64,000 bases of DNA from an uncultured Chloroflexia bacterium (GTDB taxonomy: Bacteria > Chloroflexota > Dehalococcoidia > DSTF01 > JALHUB01), in assembly GCA_963726245.1 (NCBI GenBank), contig CAVSBT010000017.1, positions 64,001-128,000 on the forward strand, in the 5' to 3' direction. Under the pieces are notes generated by a model. That model did not search any database and was not told the origin of the DNA. It worked only from the letters and a program-made list of their open reading frames with translations. Numbering within the stretch: the first letter of the stretch is position 1; every line of letters starts with the position of its first letter. Below, in pieces: positions 10,344 to 19,655 of this stretch. The position numbers and the translations under genes are program-made.

Positions 10344-10768
10344 TTGCTAAGAATCAGACTGCGGCGGGTGGGAAAGAAGAAGCAGCCCATGTATCGACTG
10401 GTGGTGACCGACGCCAGGGCGCCCCGCGACGGCGCCTTTGTGGAGATCATCGGCCGCTACAATCCGCTGACCGAGCCCGCCACCCTGGAGATCGACAAGG
10501 AGAAAGCCCTGAGCTGGATCAGCCGCGGCGCCCAGCCCTCAGAGGCGGCCGCCAAGCTCCTGGCCCGCCAGGGCATCATCGAGAAGGTCGAGAGGCCCGT
10601 GAAGGCCGAGAAGGCCGTGAAGGCGGAAGGCCGTGAAGGCCGTGAAGGCCGAGAAGGCTGAGAAGGCCGTGAAGCCGCGAAGGCTGAGGAGGCTGAGGAG
10701 GCCCGAGAAGGCCGAGAAGGGCCGAGAAGGCCGAGAAGGCCGAGAAGGCCGAGAAGGCCGCGCCGTAG
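10344..10768 (+). CDS. rpsP: 30S ribosomal protein S16 with low-complexity (V/E)KA tail; apparent frameshifts in the tail
   Basis: 'MLRIRLRRVGKKKQPMYRLVVTDARAPRDG'; the ORF as called ends at 10661, but the 9-bp repeat runs to a TAG at 10766-10768. Confidence 0.93.
10595..10760 (+). repeat. imperfect 9-bp tandem repeat (GAAGGCCGA/T)n
   Basis: Directly visible: gaaggccgagaaggccgtgaaggc... Confidence 0.9.
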
Positions 10769-10772
10769 CCTC

Positions 10773-11012
10773 ATGGACAGCATGAAGGAGCTCATCGAGT
10801 ACGTGGCCAGGGCGCTGGTGGACGACCCCGACCAGGTGCGGGTCACCGAGGAACAAGACGGAGACCGCATCGTGCTGCACCTCGAGGTGGCGGAGCCTGA
10901 CATGGGCAAGGTCATCGGCAAGCAGGGCCGTATCGCCCAGGCCATGCGCACCCTCCTGAAAGTGGCCGCCGTCAAGCGAGGCCAGCGTGCCATCCTGGAG
11001 ATCGGAGACTAG
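10773..11012 (+). CDS. khpA: KH-domain RNA-binding protein
   Basis: 'DMGKVIGKQGRIAQAMRTLL'; conserved position after rpsP. Confidence 0.93.
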   Translation: MDSMKELIEYVARALVDDPDQVRVTEEQDGDRIVLHLEVAEPDMGKVIGKQGRIAQAMRTLLKVAAVKRGQRAILEIGD

Positions 11013-11025
11013 CCGGAGGGGGCCT

Positions 11026-11490
11026 GTGGCGACCACGCCGCGCCTCCAGGGCGCCCGCCTATCCATAAGGCAGGCCCGCCCAGGGGACCTGCCCGCGCTG
11101 CGGGAGTTGCTCTCCCTTTGCGGCCTGCCTCTCGACGGCGTGGCCGGCAACATAGACGCCTTCCTGGTGGCATTCGACGAGGGCGGCCTCACGGGCAGCG
11201 TCGGGCTCGAACCCTACGGCGCCGACGGCCTGCTGCGCTCCCTCGCCGTGCGCCCGGACCATCGCGGCAGGGGCCTCGGCGCCCACTTGACGCGTCGAGC
11301 CCTGCAGGAGGCCCGCCGTCTTGGTCTGCGGCGCGTCTTCCTTCTCACCGAGACCGCCTCAGAGTACTTTCCCCGCTTCGAATTCCGGCCTGTCTCCCGG
11401 CAGCAGGCGCCATCCGCCGTGCAGGCGTCGGTCGAGTTCGCCTCCGCCTGCCCGGAGACGGCCATCTGCATGGAACGGCGCCTTGCCTGA
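11026..11490 (+). CDS. GNAT acetyltransferase, ArsN2-like
   Basis: 'LLRSLAV...RGRGLG', 'FLLTETASEYF', C-terminal 'SVEFASACPETAICM'; GGAGG RBS before GTG. Confidence 0.8.
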   Translation: MATTPRLQGARLSIRQARPGDLPALRELLSLCGLPLDGVAGNIDAFLVAFDEGGLTGSVGLEPYGADGLLRSLAVRPDHRGRGLGAHLTRRALQEARRLGLRRVFLLTETASEYFPRFEFRPVSRQQAPSAVQASVEFASACPETAICMERRLA

Positions 11491-12037
11491 GGGCCCCGCA
11501 CGCCGCTCCCGTGGGGCGCGCCCCAGCGGGGGTTCGCCCCAGACGGGCACCCCAGGTTACGTGGCCGTGGGATGGGTCGCCGGGCCCTTTGGCGTCCGCG
11601 GCGACCTCAAGGTGCAACCACTGACAGACTTCCCTGAGCGCTTCCAGCGCGGGGCCGCCCTCTGGATGCGGAGACGCCGGTGCGAGGTGCAGCGCTCCCG
11701 CTGGGCCCGCGGCTTCGTCTACCTGGGCCTCATCGGCATCGACAGCCGCGAAGCCGCCGAGGAGCTGCGGGGTGCGCTCCTGGAGGTGCCGGAGGCCGAT
11801 CTCACGCCTCTGCCCGAGGGGCAGTACTACCGCTTTCAGGTCATCGGCCTCGAGGTGCGCACGACGGAGGGGCGCTCCCTGGGCCGCGTCGCCGAGATCC
11901 TGTCGACAGGGGCCAACGACGTCTATATCGTGCGCGGCGGCCCGCGGGAGCTGCTCATCCCGGCTATCGAGGACGTGGTGAAAGAGGTGGACATCGAGGG
12001 CGGGCGCCTGGTCGTCGAGCCGCCGGAGGAGCTGTAG
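11483..12037 (+). CDS. rimM: 16S rRNA processing protein RimM
   Basis: 'GPFGVRGDLKV', 'EGQYYRFQVIGL', 'TGANDVYIV', 'LLIPAI'; start approximate. Confidence 0.93.
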   Translation: MPEGPARRSRGARPSGGSPQTGTPGYVAVGWVAGPFGVRGDLKVQPLTDFPERFQRGAALWMRRRRCEVQRSRWARGFVYLGLIGIDSREAAEELRGALLEVPEADLTPLPEGQYYRFQVIGLEVRTTEGRSLGRVAEILSTGANDVYIVRGGPRELLIPAIEDVVKEVDIEGGRLVVEPPEEL

Positions 12038-12108
12038 GCCTCGAAGCCGGGATGACCTCGATGTGGAGTACAATCTAGACGTGATCAGAGACGACGAGGG
12101 ATGAACCG

Positions 12109-12351
12109 TTGAGCGCCAAGAAGCAGCGCTGGGTCCGTCTGGCCATCGCCCCCGACCAGCTCACCGCCGAGATGTGGGTCGAGCTGCTGCGTCGCCAGGA
12201 CATCCCGGCCATGATCAGCCCCCAGGACGCCGTCTCCTTCATGGGGCTCTCGGGCATGGCCTGCCAGGTGCTCGTGCCGAGAGAGAACCTCGCCGAGGCG
12301 GCGCTGCTCCTCCAGCAGCGGACGGAGGGCTCCGGCCTCAGCCAGCCCTAA
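12109..12351 (+). CDS. small DUF2007-like protein
   Basis: 'AEMWVELLRRQDIPA...VLVPRENLAEAALLL'. Confidence 0.65.
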   Translation: MSAKKQRWVRLAIAPDQLTAEMWVELLRRQDIPAMISPQDAVSFMGLSGMACQVLVPRENLAEAALLLQQRTEGSGLSQP

Positions 12352-12459
12352 CCGATATCAGCTTGGCTAATGCCCCGTGTCGCTGTACAGTACGGTCAAC
12401 GGATGGCGGTTTCGGCAAGCATCCGTTAATCCGTTCGGTATCCGTTGACAGACAGGCTG

Positions 12460-12487
12460 GCGGACGGAGCTAAAGCTCCGTCCCTAC
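12460..12487. repeat. REP-like palindrome, family A
   Basis: gcggacggagctaaagctccgtccctac. Confidence 0.8.
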
Positions 12488-12499
12488 AGACGGAGAAGC

Positions 12500-13710
12500 A
12501 TGCCGGCTAGTTCGATGGGTGGCCACGATTCACGGCGCTTGGCCGTCGGCCGGCTCGCCCTCATCGCCCTCGTGCTCGCGGCCGTCCTTCTGGCCGCCTG
12601 CTCCGGCTCCTCCAGCCAGGGGTCGGAGGACGGGGTGAAGGTCCAGCCCTTCGCGACCGCCACCGCCACCACCGGCCGGCGCCCAGCGCGACGCGGACGC
12701 ACGCCCTCGCCCACTCCCCAAGCCCCCAACACCGACGGCGGCCGCGGCCACGGCGACGGCTGAACCGACCGCTGAACCGACAGTCGAAGCAACGCCTACA
12801 TCGTCGTCGCCGCCGCCCACGGCCGAAGCGATGCCCACGCCAGCGCCGGTTCCGGCGGAGCCTACCGACACGCCCGTTCCTCCCCCACCGGCGCCGCCGG
12901 CGTCGACAGGCGTGACCCTGGCGCCGTCGCAGGTGGTCCAGGGCGGCGCTACGGTGGTGGAGGTCGTGGGCGCCTCGGCGGGGACCGCCTCCGCCGACTT
13001 CGCGGGCAGCCAGTATCCGCTCCTCGCGAGCGGGGGCGTCTTCTGGAGCGTCCTGGGCGTGCCCGCCAACCAGCCGCCGGGTGAGTACCCGGTGCTCGTG
13101 ACGCTGGCGACCGCCGACGGCCGCGCTCTCCGCCAGATGCAGGCCAGCCTCACCGTCACCGCCGCCGGCTACCCGGTCGAGGACGTCCAGCTAGACCCGG
13201 CGGTGGCCGCTCTCCTGGACCCGACTTTGATCGTGGAAGAGCTCAACCACCGCGCCGCCATCTACTCCGTCTTCACACCGGAGCGGATGTGGTCGGGGCC
13301 CTTTCTCATGCCCGTGCAGGGGCCGATCAGCGGCGCCTACGGGGCCGGTCGCAGCTACAACGGCGGCCCCGTCACGGACTACCACCATGGCACGGACATC
13401 GCAGCCGAGGAAGGGGACGCCGGTGATCGCTGCCAACACGGGCCGCGTCGCCTTCGCCGGCGACCTGACGGTGCGGGGCCGCAGCGTCATCCTCGACCAC
13501 GGGGCGGGCGTCTTCAGCGCCTACCACCACCTGAGCGAGATAGACGTGGTCGAGGGACAGCTCGTCAACAAGGGGGACCTGATAGGAGCGGTCGGCCAGA
13601 CGGGCCTGGCCGAGGGCCCTCACCTGCACTGGGAGATCGTGGTGCACGGGGTGGAGGTGGACGCCCTCCTCTGGACGCAGGCGGAGTACGGGCCGCTTCT
13701 GCCGGGCTGA
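12500..13710 (+). CDS. M23 family metallopeptidase lipoprotein (split by frameshifts near 12670-12770 and 13415)
   Basis: Lipobox LLAAC, Pro/Thr linker, 'YHHGTD' (HxxxD) and 'GPHLHWE' (HxH) in successive frames. Confidence 0.85.
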
Positions 13711-13725
13711 GCTTACCGTGAGCCC

Positions 13726-13783
13726 GTAGCCGAGGCTTTCCAGCCTCGGCTCGTATGTGGCCAGGCTCGAAAGCCTGGCCTAC
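13726..13783. repeat. REP-like inverted doublet
   Basis: gtagccgaggctttccagcctcggc ... gccaggctcgaaagcctggcctac. Confidence 0.6.
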
Positions 13784-14562
13784 GCAGCAACACCTTCCCC
13801 AGCCTCAGAGCCCAGCTCGCCTAGCTCGTAGAGGACGGCGGCGGCGGCAACGATGCCCGCCGTCTCCGAGCGCAGGATACGCCGGCCCAGCGATACCACC
13901 TGCGCCCCGGCCCGGCGGGCCAGGGCCGCCTCGTCGGCGGCGAAGCCTCCCTCCGGCCCGATGAGGACGGCTACCGTAGGGCGCTCCACCGCCTCGAGGG
14001 CGGGCCGCGCCCGTCGGAGGGCGGCGGCGAGGCCCAGGGCCTCCTCTTCCTCCCAGGGCAGAAGGCGCAGGTCCGCGGCCTCCGACAGGGCTTCTTCCAA
14101 ACTCTCGGCGGGCAGGACCTCGGGCAGGACGCAACGCCCGCACTGCTCGGCCGCCTCCCGCACCACGCGACGCCAGCGCTCCGGCCGCCCCGCGCGCTCC
14201 GGCGCCGCCCGCACGACGCTCCGCCGCGACAACAGCGGCACGAAGGCGGCCACACCCAGCTCCGTCCCCTTCTCCAGCACCCAGTCGAACCGCTCGCCCT
14301 TGATGAGCGACTGGTAGAGCAGCAGCCGCACCCGCGGCTCGGGCCGGCCGGGGCGCCGGCCCACCACCGTCCCGGTCACGCGGTGAGACCCGACGGCGTC
14401 CAGCCGCGTCTCGTACTCCAACCCGCTGCCGTCCAGCAGGACGACGCCGGCGCCGGCTTCGAGGCGGAGGACGCGGGACAGCCGGTGCGCCAGGTCGCCC
14501 TCCAGGCGCACCTCGTCGCCGGAGAAGGCGTCGCGGGGAACGAAGAAGCGGTCCGCACTCAT
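13780..14562 (-). CDS. rsmE: 16S rRNA m3U1498 methyltransferase
   Basis: 'HRLSRVLRL', 'EKGTELGV', 'EAAEQCGR', 'IGPEGGF', 'LGRRILRSETA'. Confidence 0.95.
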   Translation of the reverse strand: MSADRFFVPRDAFSGDEVRLEGDLAHRLSRVLRLEAGAGVVLLDGSGLEYETRLDAVGSHRVTGTVVGRRPGRPEPRVRLLLYQSLIKGERFDWVLEKGTELGVAAFVPLLSRRSVVRAAPERAGRPERWRRVVREAAEQCGRCVLPEVLPAESLEEALSEAADLRLLPWEEEEALGLAAALRRARPALEAVERPTVAVLIGPEGGFAADEAALARRAGAQVVSLGRRILRSETAGIVAAAAVLYELGELGSEAGEGVAA

Positions 14563-15479
14563 GACGTCGTACAGATCAAGGCGCACCAGCCGTCGCGGTG
14601 GGCCTGGTCGACGACCCTGAGCCCGGCCTTCTCCAGGGCACCGCGGCAGGCTGTCGCTGAGGCGTCGCCGATGCCGCTGGCGACAAGTATCCCTCCCGGC
14701 GCGACGGCACGCGCCAGGGCGGGGGCCATCGCGGTGATGGCGGCGGTGCTGATATTGGCGAGGACCATGTCGAAGCGGAGCGCGTCCGCATCTGGAAGGG
14801 CCGGGGTGGCGCCCACGCTCCCCTCCTGCACTTGCACAAGGCTCTCGACGCCGTTCACGGCCACGTTCCGGCAGGCAACGTCCACCGCCACAAGGTCGAC
14901 ATCGAGGGCGACGACCCGCGTCGCGCCCAGCAGCGCGGCCGCAATCGCCAGGATGCCGGAGCCCGTGCCCACGTCGAGAACCGACAGGGACGCCTCCCGG
15001 CCGGGGCGCAGGCGACTCTCCAGCGCTTCCAGGCAGAGGCGGGTCGTGGCGTGCTGGCCGGTGCCGAAAGCCATGCCCGGGTCGAGCCGGATGACCACCT
15101 CCCCGGCGCGGGGCGCGTAGTCGATCCAGGTGGGGCAGACGACCAGCCGGCGGCCCACCTTCTCGACGCCGAAGAAGCGCTTCCAGGCCTCCGCCCACTG
15201 CTCCTCGCGGCGCCAGCGTGTGCGCAGGGCCGGAGCCAGACCCAGGGCGCCCACCTCTCGCCGGAGGGCGCGTCGACGCTGGTCCAGACCGTCCTGGCGA
15301 GGGAGATAGGCGCGCACCCTTGCTGGCCGCGCGGGGTCCGGGGCGTAGCTCTCTCCCCGTTCGGCGGGCAAGATCGGCTCCTCGATGCTGACGCCGCCGG
15401 GGCAGTGGCGACGCAGCACCTCGGCCGCTGCCTCAGCATCGGCGGCGGGCACCAGGAGCGTGAACTCGAGCCAGTCCAA
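14559..15479 (-). CDS. prmA: ribosomal protein L11 methyltransferase
   Basis: 'LDPGMAFGTGQHATTRLCL', 'VLDVGTGSGILAIAA'. Confidence 0.95.
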   Translation of the reverse strand: MDWLEFTLLVPAADAEAAAEVLRRHCPGGVSIEEPILPAERGESYAPDPARPARVRAYLPRQDGLDQRRRALRREVGALGLAPALRTRWRREEQWAEAWKRFFGVEKVGRRLVVCPTWIDYAPRAGEVVIRLDPGMAFGTGQHATTRLCLEALESRLRPGREASLSVLDVGTGSGILAIAAALLGATRVVALDVDLVAVDVACRNVAVNGVESLVQVQEGSVGATPALPDADALRFDMVLANISTAAITAMAPALARAVAPGGILVASGIGDASATACRGALEKAGLRVVDQAHRDGWCALICTTS

Positions 15480-15497
15480 GGTAGGATAGAAGACGCC

Positions 15498-16610
15498 CTA
15501 TCCCAGGGCGTCGCGGATCTTCTCCAGGAGGTTCTTCTCCTCCTGGGGTGTGACGTGGCTGCCCAGGGACTCGGCCAGCTTGAGGAGGAGTTGCCTCTGC
15601 TCCTCCGAGAGGTGGCTCGGCGTCACGACCTGCACCCTCACCAGCATGTCGCCTCGACCCGAGCCGCGCAGATGAGGGATGCCGAGCCCCCTCAGGCTGA
15701 AGACCTCGCCGCTCTGGGAGCCGGGAGGGATGTGGAACAGCCTTGAGCCGTTCAGGGTTGGGATCTCCACCTCGTCGCCGAGAGCCGCCTGCGCGAAGTT
15801 GATGGGCAGGTCGTAGATGATGTCGTAGTCGTCGCGGCGGAAGAAGGCGTGCTCCTGCACACGCAGGAGGACATAGAGGTTGCCCCGCGGACCGCCATGG
15901 CGCCCCATCTCGCCTTCGCCGGTAAGGCGAATCTGCGAGCCGCTCTCGACGCCGGGGGGAATGTTTATCTTGAGACGGCGGCTGGCCTTCTCGCGACCGG
16001 CGCCTCGACAGCGGCGGCAGGGCTGCTGGATGATGCGCCCTTCGCCCCCACAGCGGCCGCAGGGCGCCACGTTCACGAACTGGCCGAAGATGCTGCGCTG
16101 CACGCGCCGCACCTCGCCGCTGCCGCCGCAGGAAGGACACTTCTCCACGTCCGTACCGGGCTCGGCGCGCAGGCCCTGGCAGGCCGAGCAGACCTCGGTG
16201 CGCTCGATCTCGATCTCCTTCTCGCAGCCGAAGACGGCCTCCTCGAAGGAGATGATGAGGCCGAGGCGGAGGTCGGCGCCGCGCTCCGGGGCGCGCTGAC
16301 GGGTGGCGCTGGCGCCGAAGAAGGCGTCGAAGATGTCACCGAAGCCGCCGAAGCCGAAGCCGTCGAACCCACGGGCAAAGGCGCCCTCTGCCCCGGCGTG
16401 GCCAAAGCAATCGTAGACCTGCCGCCGCTCCGGGTCGGAGAGGACCTCGTGGGCCTCGTTGATCTCCTTGAATCGCTCTTCGGCTCCGTCCTCCGGGTTG
16501 CGATCGGGGTGATACTGCATGGCCAGCCGCCGGAAGGCGCGTTTGATCTCCGCCTGACTGGCGCCCCGAGTGATGCCGAGAACCTCGTAGTAGTCGCGCT
16601 TGTTCGCCAT
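15498..16610 (-). CDS. dnaJ: chaperone DnaJ
   Basis: J-domain with HPD, G/F-rich region, four CxxCxGxG-type zinc motifs. Confidence 0.97.
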   Translation of the reverse strand: MANKRDYYEVLGITRGASQAEIKRAFRRLAMQYHPDRNPEDGAEERFKEINEAHEVLSDPERRQVYDCFGHAGAEGAFARGFDGFGFGGFGDIFDAFFGASATRQRAPERGADLRLGLIISFEEAVFGCEKEIEIERTEVCSACQGLRAEPGTDVEKCPSCGGSGEVRRVQRSIFGQFVNVAPCGRCGGEGRIIQQPCRRCRGAGREKASRRLKINIPPGVESGSQIRLTGEGEMGRHGGPRGNLYVLLRVQEHAFFRRDDYDIIYDLPINFAQAALGDEVEIPTLNGSRLFHIPPGSQSGEVFSLRGLGIPHLRGSGRGDMLVRVQVVTPSHLSEEQRQLLLKLAESLGSHVTPQEEKNLLEKIRDALG

Positions 16611-16770
16611 AACTCGATCTGAGAGGGGCCTCGCTCCTGGCCCCTCCGACATTGTAGCAAATGGTCGCCCAAACCGCTCTACGTTCGGCGTGGCGGCGTG
16701 CCATTCCTTGGCGTTACGAGTGCGGCCGGACGCATGACCTCAGATGGGTGTGAGGCGGACTTAGCGTCGA

Positions 16771-16801
16771 AAGGCCGGCTGTGCCACTGGCTCAGCCGGC
16801 C
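16771..16801 (-). terminator. hairpin downstream of rpsU
   Basis: Inverted repeat aggccggctg...cagccggcct. Confidence 0.45.
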
Positions 16802-16822
16802 TGCGCGATGCGGGAGGCGTGG

Positions 16823-17008
16823 CTAGCGGGCCTGCTTACGAGCGCGCCGCCGTGCCGCCTTTGCTTGGGCGAGGCGTTTCGCCTCCGACCTTGAGATGAA
16901 GTGGCGCTTCATCTTCGCTTCGCGAAGAATGCCGTCTTTCTGGACGGCCTGCCGGAATCGAGATAGCAGGTGGTCCTGCGATTCGCCTTCTCGAAGCTGG
17001 ACGAACAA
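16823..17008 (-). CDS. rpsU: 30S ribosomal protein S21
   Basis: 'VQLREGES...LLSRFRQAVQKDGILREAKMKRHF'; AGGAGG RBS. Confidence 0.88.
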   Translation of the reverse strand: MFVQLREGESQDHLLSRFRQAVQKDGILREAKMKRHFISRSEAKRLAQAKAARRRARKQAR

Positions 17009-17071
17009 TGAAACATCGCCTCCTGGTGCGAGCTCCAGGATCTATCGCGGTATGAAAGCGATGTTCGGCCC

Positions 17072-17419
17072 CTACCAGCGGCTACGTGTCGGCGAATGCT
17101 TGGCGAAGCAGTCGCGACAGTAGACCGGGCGGTCACCCCGCGGCTGGAACGGGACCTCAGTCTGCTGTCCGCAGTCGGCGCAGACCGCCGGGTACATCTG
17201 GCGCTCGGACGAGCCGTAGCCGCCGCCGCCGCCCCGGTAGCCGCCGCCTCCCTCGCGCCCGCCGCCCTGGCGTCCGGCCTTGCGGGCCTGACGGCAGGTA
17301 GGACAGCGCTTGGGCTCGTTCTGGAACCCGCGCGATGAGTAGTATTCCTGGTCCTCAGCCGAAAACGTGAACTCGGCTCCACATTCGACGCAGGTAAGGG
17401 ACTTGTCGGTGTAAGCCAC
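17072..17419 (-). CDS. zinc-ribbon plus CxxC-x17-CxxC domain protein
   Basis: 'LTCVECGAEFTFS...EPKRCPTCR', Gly-rich linker, 'AVCADCG...VPFQPRGDRPVYCRDCF'. Confidence 0.92.
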   Translation of the reverse strand: MAYTDKSLTCVECGAEFTFSAEDQEYYSSRGFQNEPKRCPTCRQARKAGRQGGGREGGGGYRGGGGGYGSSERQMYPAVCADCGQQTEVPFQPRGDRPVYCRDCFAKHSPTRSRW

Positions 17420-17616
17420 TCGACGACCTCCTTGAGAGTTATTGGATCCTTGTCGTCGAGTGCCAAGCGAAGTGGGCTTCGCACGGGACTGATGACGAGG
17501 AATCTCCGGCGCGTATTGTCACACAAGATCGCACAGAGCGCAAGATGATCCGGTAGGTTCGACGGCGACTCTCTGCAAGAACGACGGCTTTCCCTTACGG
17601 GAGGCTGGCGCCCGCG

Positions 17617-18111
17617 TCAGCCGCGCCCTTCCTGGTCTAAGCCGTAGGCGCCCCGGAAGAAGAGGAGAGGCCGGCCCTCCCGCAGGACCCCGGCGTCCTC
17701 CACAGCTCCCACGAAGATGGTGTGGTCGCCACCTGGGTAGGCGGCGACGACACGGCAGTCCACGTAGGCCAGGCAGTCGGCCAGAATGGGGGCGCTCGTG
17801 ACGCCACGGCGGTGCGAGAGGCCAGTCAGGTTGTGTTCAGCGTCCACGGCGGGGTCGGCAAAGAGGCGCGAGAGGTGCTCCTGCTCCTCGGAAAGCACGT
17901 TGAGGGCGAAGGCGCCGCTCTCGCTGAGGACGGGGTAGGTATGCGACCGCTTGTTGACGCAGACCAGCACGAGCAGGGGGTCCAGGGAGACAGAGCAGAC
18001 GGAGCTGGCAGTCATGCCGTGCAGCTCGTCGCCGAGGGCTGTCGTCAGGATCGTGACGCCGGTGGCGAAGTGTCCCATCACGCGCCGGAACTGGTACTGG
18101 TCTACTTTCAA
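17617..18111 (-). CDS. flavin reductase (DIM6/NTAB family)
   Basis: 'FRRVMGHFATGVTI', 'SVSLDPLLVLVC', 'GGDHTIFVG'. Confidence 0.93.
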   Translation of the reverse strand: MKVDQYQFRRVMGHFATGVTILTTALGDELHGMTASSVCSVSLDPLLVLVCVNKRSHTYPVLSESGAFALNVLSEEQEHLSRLFADPAVDAEHNLTGLSHRRGVTSAPILADCLAYVDCRVVAAYPGGDHTIFVGAVEDAGVLREGRPLLFFRGAYGLDQEGRG

Positions 18112-18299
18112 CCGATCACGACCCCTGAACTTCTCGTGCGAGGTGAACGACCGCCGGCTGTTTTGTATGGGTACATCTTAGACCAGATCGGCCTTTGCTC
18201 ACAGCGCCGGCAGCGTTCGACAGGGTCCAGATGCTTCCCCTATAATTTGAGGGAGGCCGACGCCCGTGGGCGCCGGCCTGGATCAACAGGAGAGCTGGG

Positions 18300-19601
18300 T
18301 TGACGAATCAAGGGAAGCGTGCCGGCGGCGCGGGACCGAACTGGGAGGCGGCCCTCCTCGAGCAGTCGCTGTCGCGGAGGGCGCAGGCCGCGGGTCCGGC
18401 CTACTGGGGCGCCGGCGCGGGCGCCGCGCCGCCTGTCCCGCCCATCGCTCTCACGGGCGGCGTGCCGGACCCGGCGTCGCTGCCTTTCGACGACCTGGCG
18501 GAGGCGGCGCGGGTCGTGCTGGAGAGGGAGGGCCGACCGGCCCTTGAGTATGGCGGCCCACAGGGCTTCCTGGGCCTGCGCGAGTGGCTGGCGGAGCGCG
18601 TCGGCCGCGCCGATGGCGTCTCGCTGGGTCCGGAGAACATCGCCATCACCAACGGCAGCGCCGGCGCCCTGGCCAACGCCTGCGAGACGTTCCTGGACCC
18701 CGGCGACGTCGTCGTGGCGGAAGCGCCCAGCTACCCGGGCGCAATGCGCGCCATTCGCGCCCAGGGCGCCCGCGTGGAGACCGTGCCGGTCGATGCGGAA
18801 GGCCTGCGGCCCGAAGCCCTCGCCGAGACGGTGGAGGGACTGTCCGGAAGAGGCGCCCGGCCGAAGCTCCTCTACACCATCCCCAACTTCCACAACCCCA
18901 CGGGCGCCACCCTCGGCCTCGAGCGGCGGCGCGCCGTGCTGGAGATAGCGCGTCGACACGGCATCCTCATCGTCGAGGACGATGCCTACGGCGAGATTCG
19001 CTTCGAGGGCGAGAGGGTGCCGTCGTTCTTCGCTCTCTCCGGCGGCGACGGCGTGCTAAGGGTCGGCACGTTCAGCAAGACCCTGGCCACGGGCCTCCGT
19101 GTGGGTTACGTGGCCGCTGCCCAGGAAGCCATCGACTTCCTGCTGCGCATGCGGTTCGACATGGGCACCAGCCCCTGGATACAGCGCCTGGTGGCCGAGT
19201 ACGTCTCACGCGGCCGCCTCGACCGCCACGTGTCGCAGGTGGTCGAGATCTACCGTCGCAAGCGCGACGCGATGGTGGCGGCCCTGGAGGCGTACTGCGC
19301 GCCGTACGTGCGGTGGCGAATCCCGGCGGGCGGCTTCTTCCTCTGGCTGGAGACGGATCGACGGGTGCAGCCGGAAGCGCTGCGCGAGGCAGCCGAGCAG
19401 GAGGGCGTGGCCTACGTCGCCGGCGTCGCCTTCTTTCTGGACGGCAGCGGGAGCCAGTTCATCCGACTCGCCTACAGCTACGTGGCCGAAGAGGAGATAG
19501 AGGAGGCCATCCGCCGCCTGGGCCGGGCCCTTGAGCGTGCCGTGACGGACGCCCCGGCGTCGTCCCGGCCAGGAGTGTCGAAGTCCGGCCCGACTAAGTA
19601 A
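18300..19601 (+). CDS. PLP-dependent class I aminotransferase (2-aminoadipate transaminase/MocR-like)
   Basis: 'YTIPNFHNPTG', 'EDDAYG', 'GTFSKTLATGLRVGY'. Confidence 0.92.
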   Translation: MTNQGKRAGGAGPNWEAALLEQSLSRRAQAAGPAYWGAGAGAAPPVPPIALTGGVPDPASLPFDDLAEAARVVLEREGRPALEYGGPQGFLGLREWLAERVGRADGVSLGPENIAITNGSAGALANACETFLDPGDVVVAEAPSYPGAMRAIRAQGARVETVPVDAEGLRPEALAETVEGLSGRGARPKLLYTIPNFHNPTGATLGLERRRAVLEIARRHGILIVEDDAYGEIRFEGERVPSFFALSGGDGVLRVGTFSKTLATGLRVGYVAAAQEAIDFLLRMRFDMGTSPWIQRLVAEYVSRGRLDRHVSQVVEIYRRKRDAMVAALEAYCAPYVRWRIPAGGFFLWLETDRRVQPEALREAAEQEGVAYVAGVAFFLDGSGSQFIRLAYSYVAEEEIEEAIRRLGRALERAVTDAPASSRPGVSKSGPTK

Positions 19602-19655
19602 CGCCGTACTTGGACTTCGCCTTATCATCCGTGCTCCGCGTAGAATAGGGGCGTC

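Noticed and set aside
10595-10760. 9-bp repeat as a CRISPR array or iteron set
   Set aside because: The units are contiguous, have no spacers and continue the rpsP reading frame.
13780-15198. 472-aa RsmE with a long N-terminal extension
   Set aside because: The extension is an alternate frame of prmA; the real start is the ATG at 14562 overlapping the prmA stop.
16611-16822. CIRCE/HrcA operator upstream of dnaJ
   Set aside because: No TTAGCACTC-N9-GAGTGCTAA match was found.
17489-17520. CTGATGA as a hammerhead ribozyme core
   Set aside because: No stem II followed by GAAA, and no matching stem I/III arrangement.
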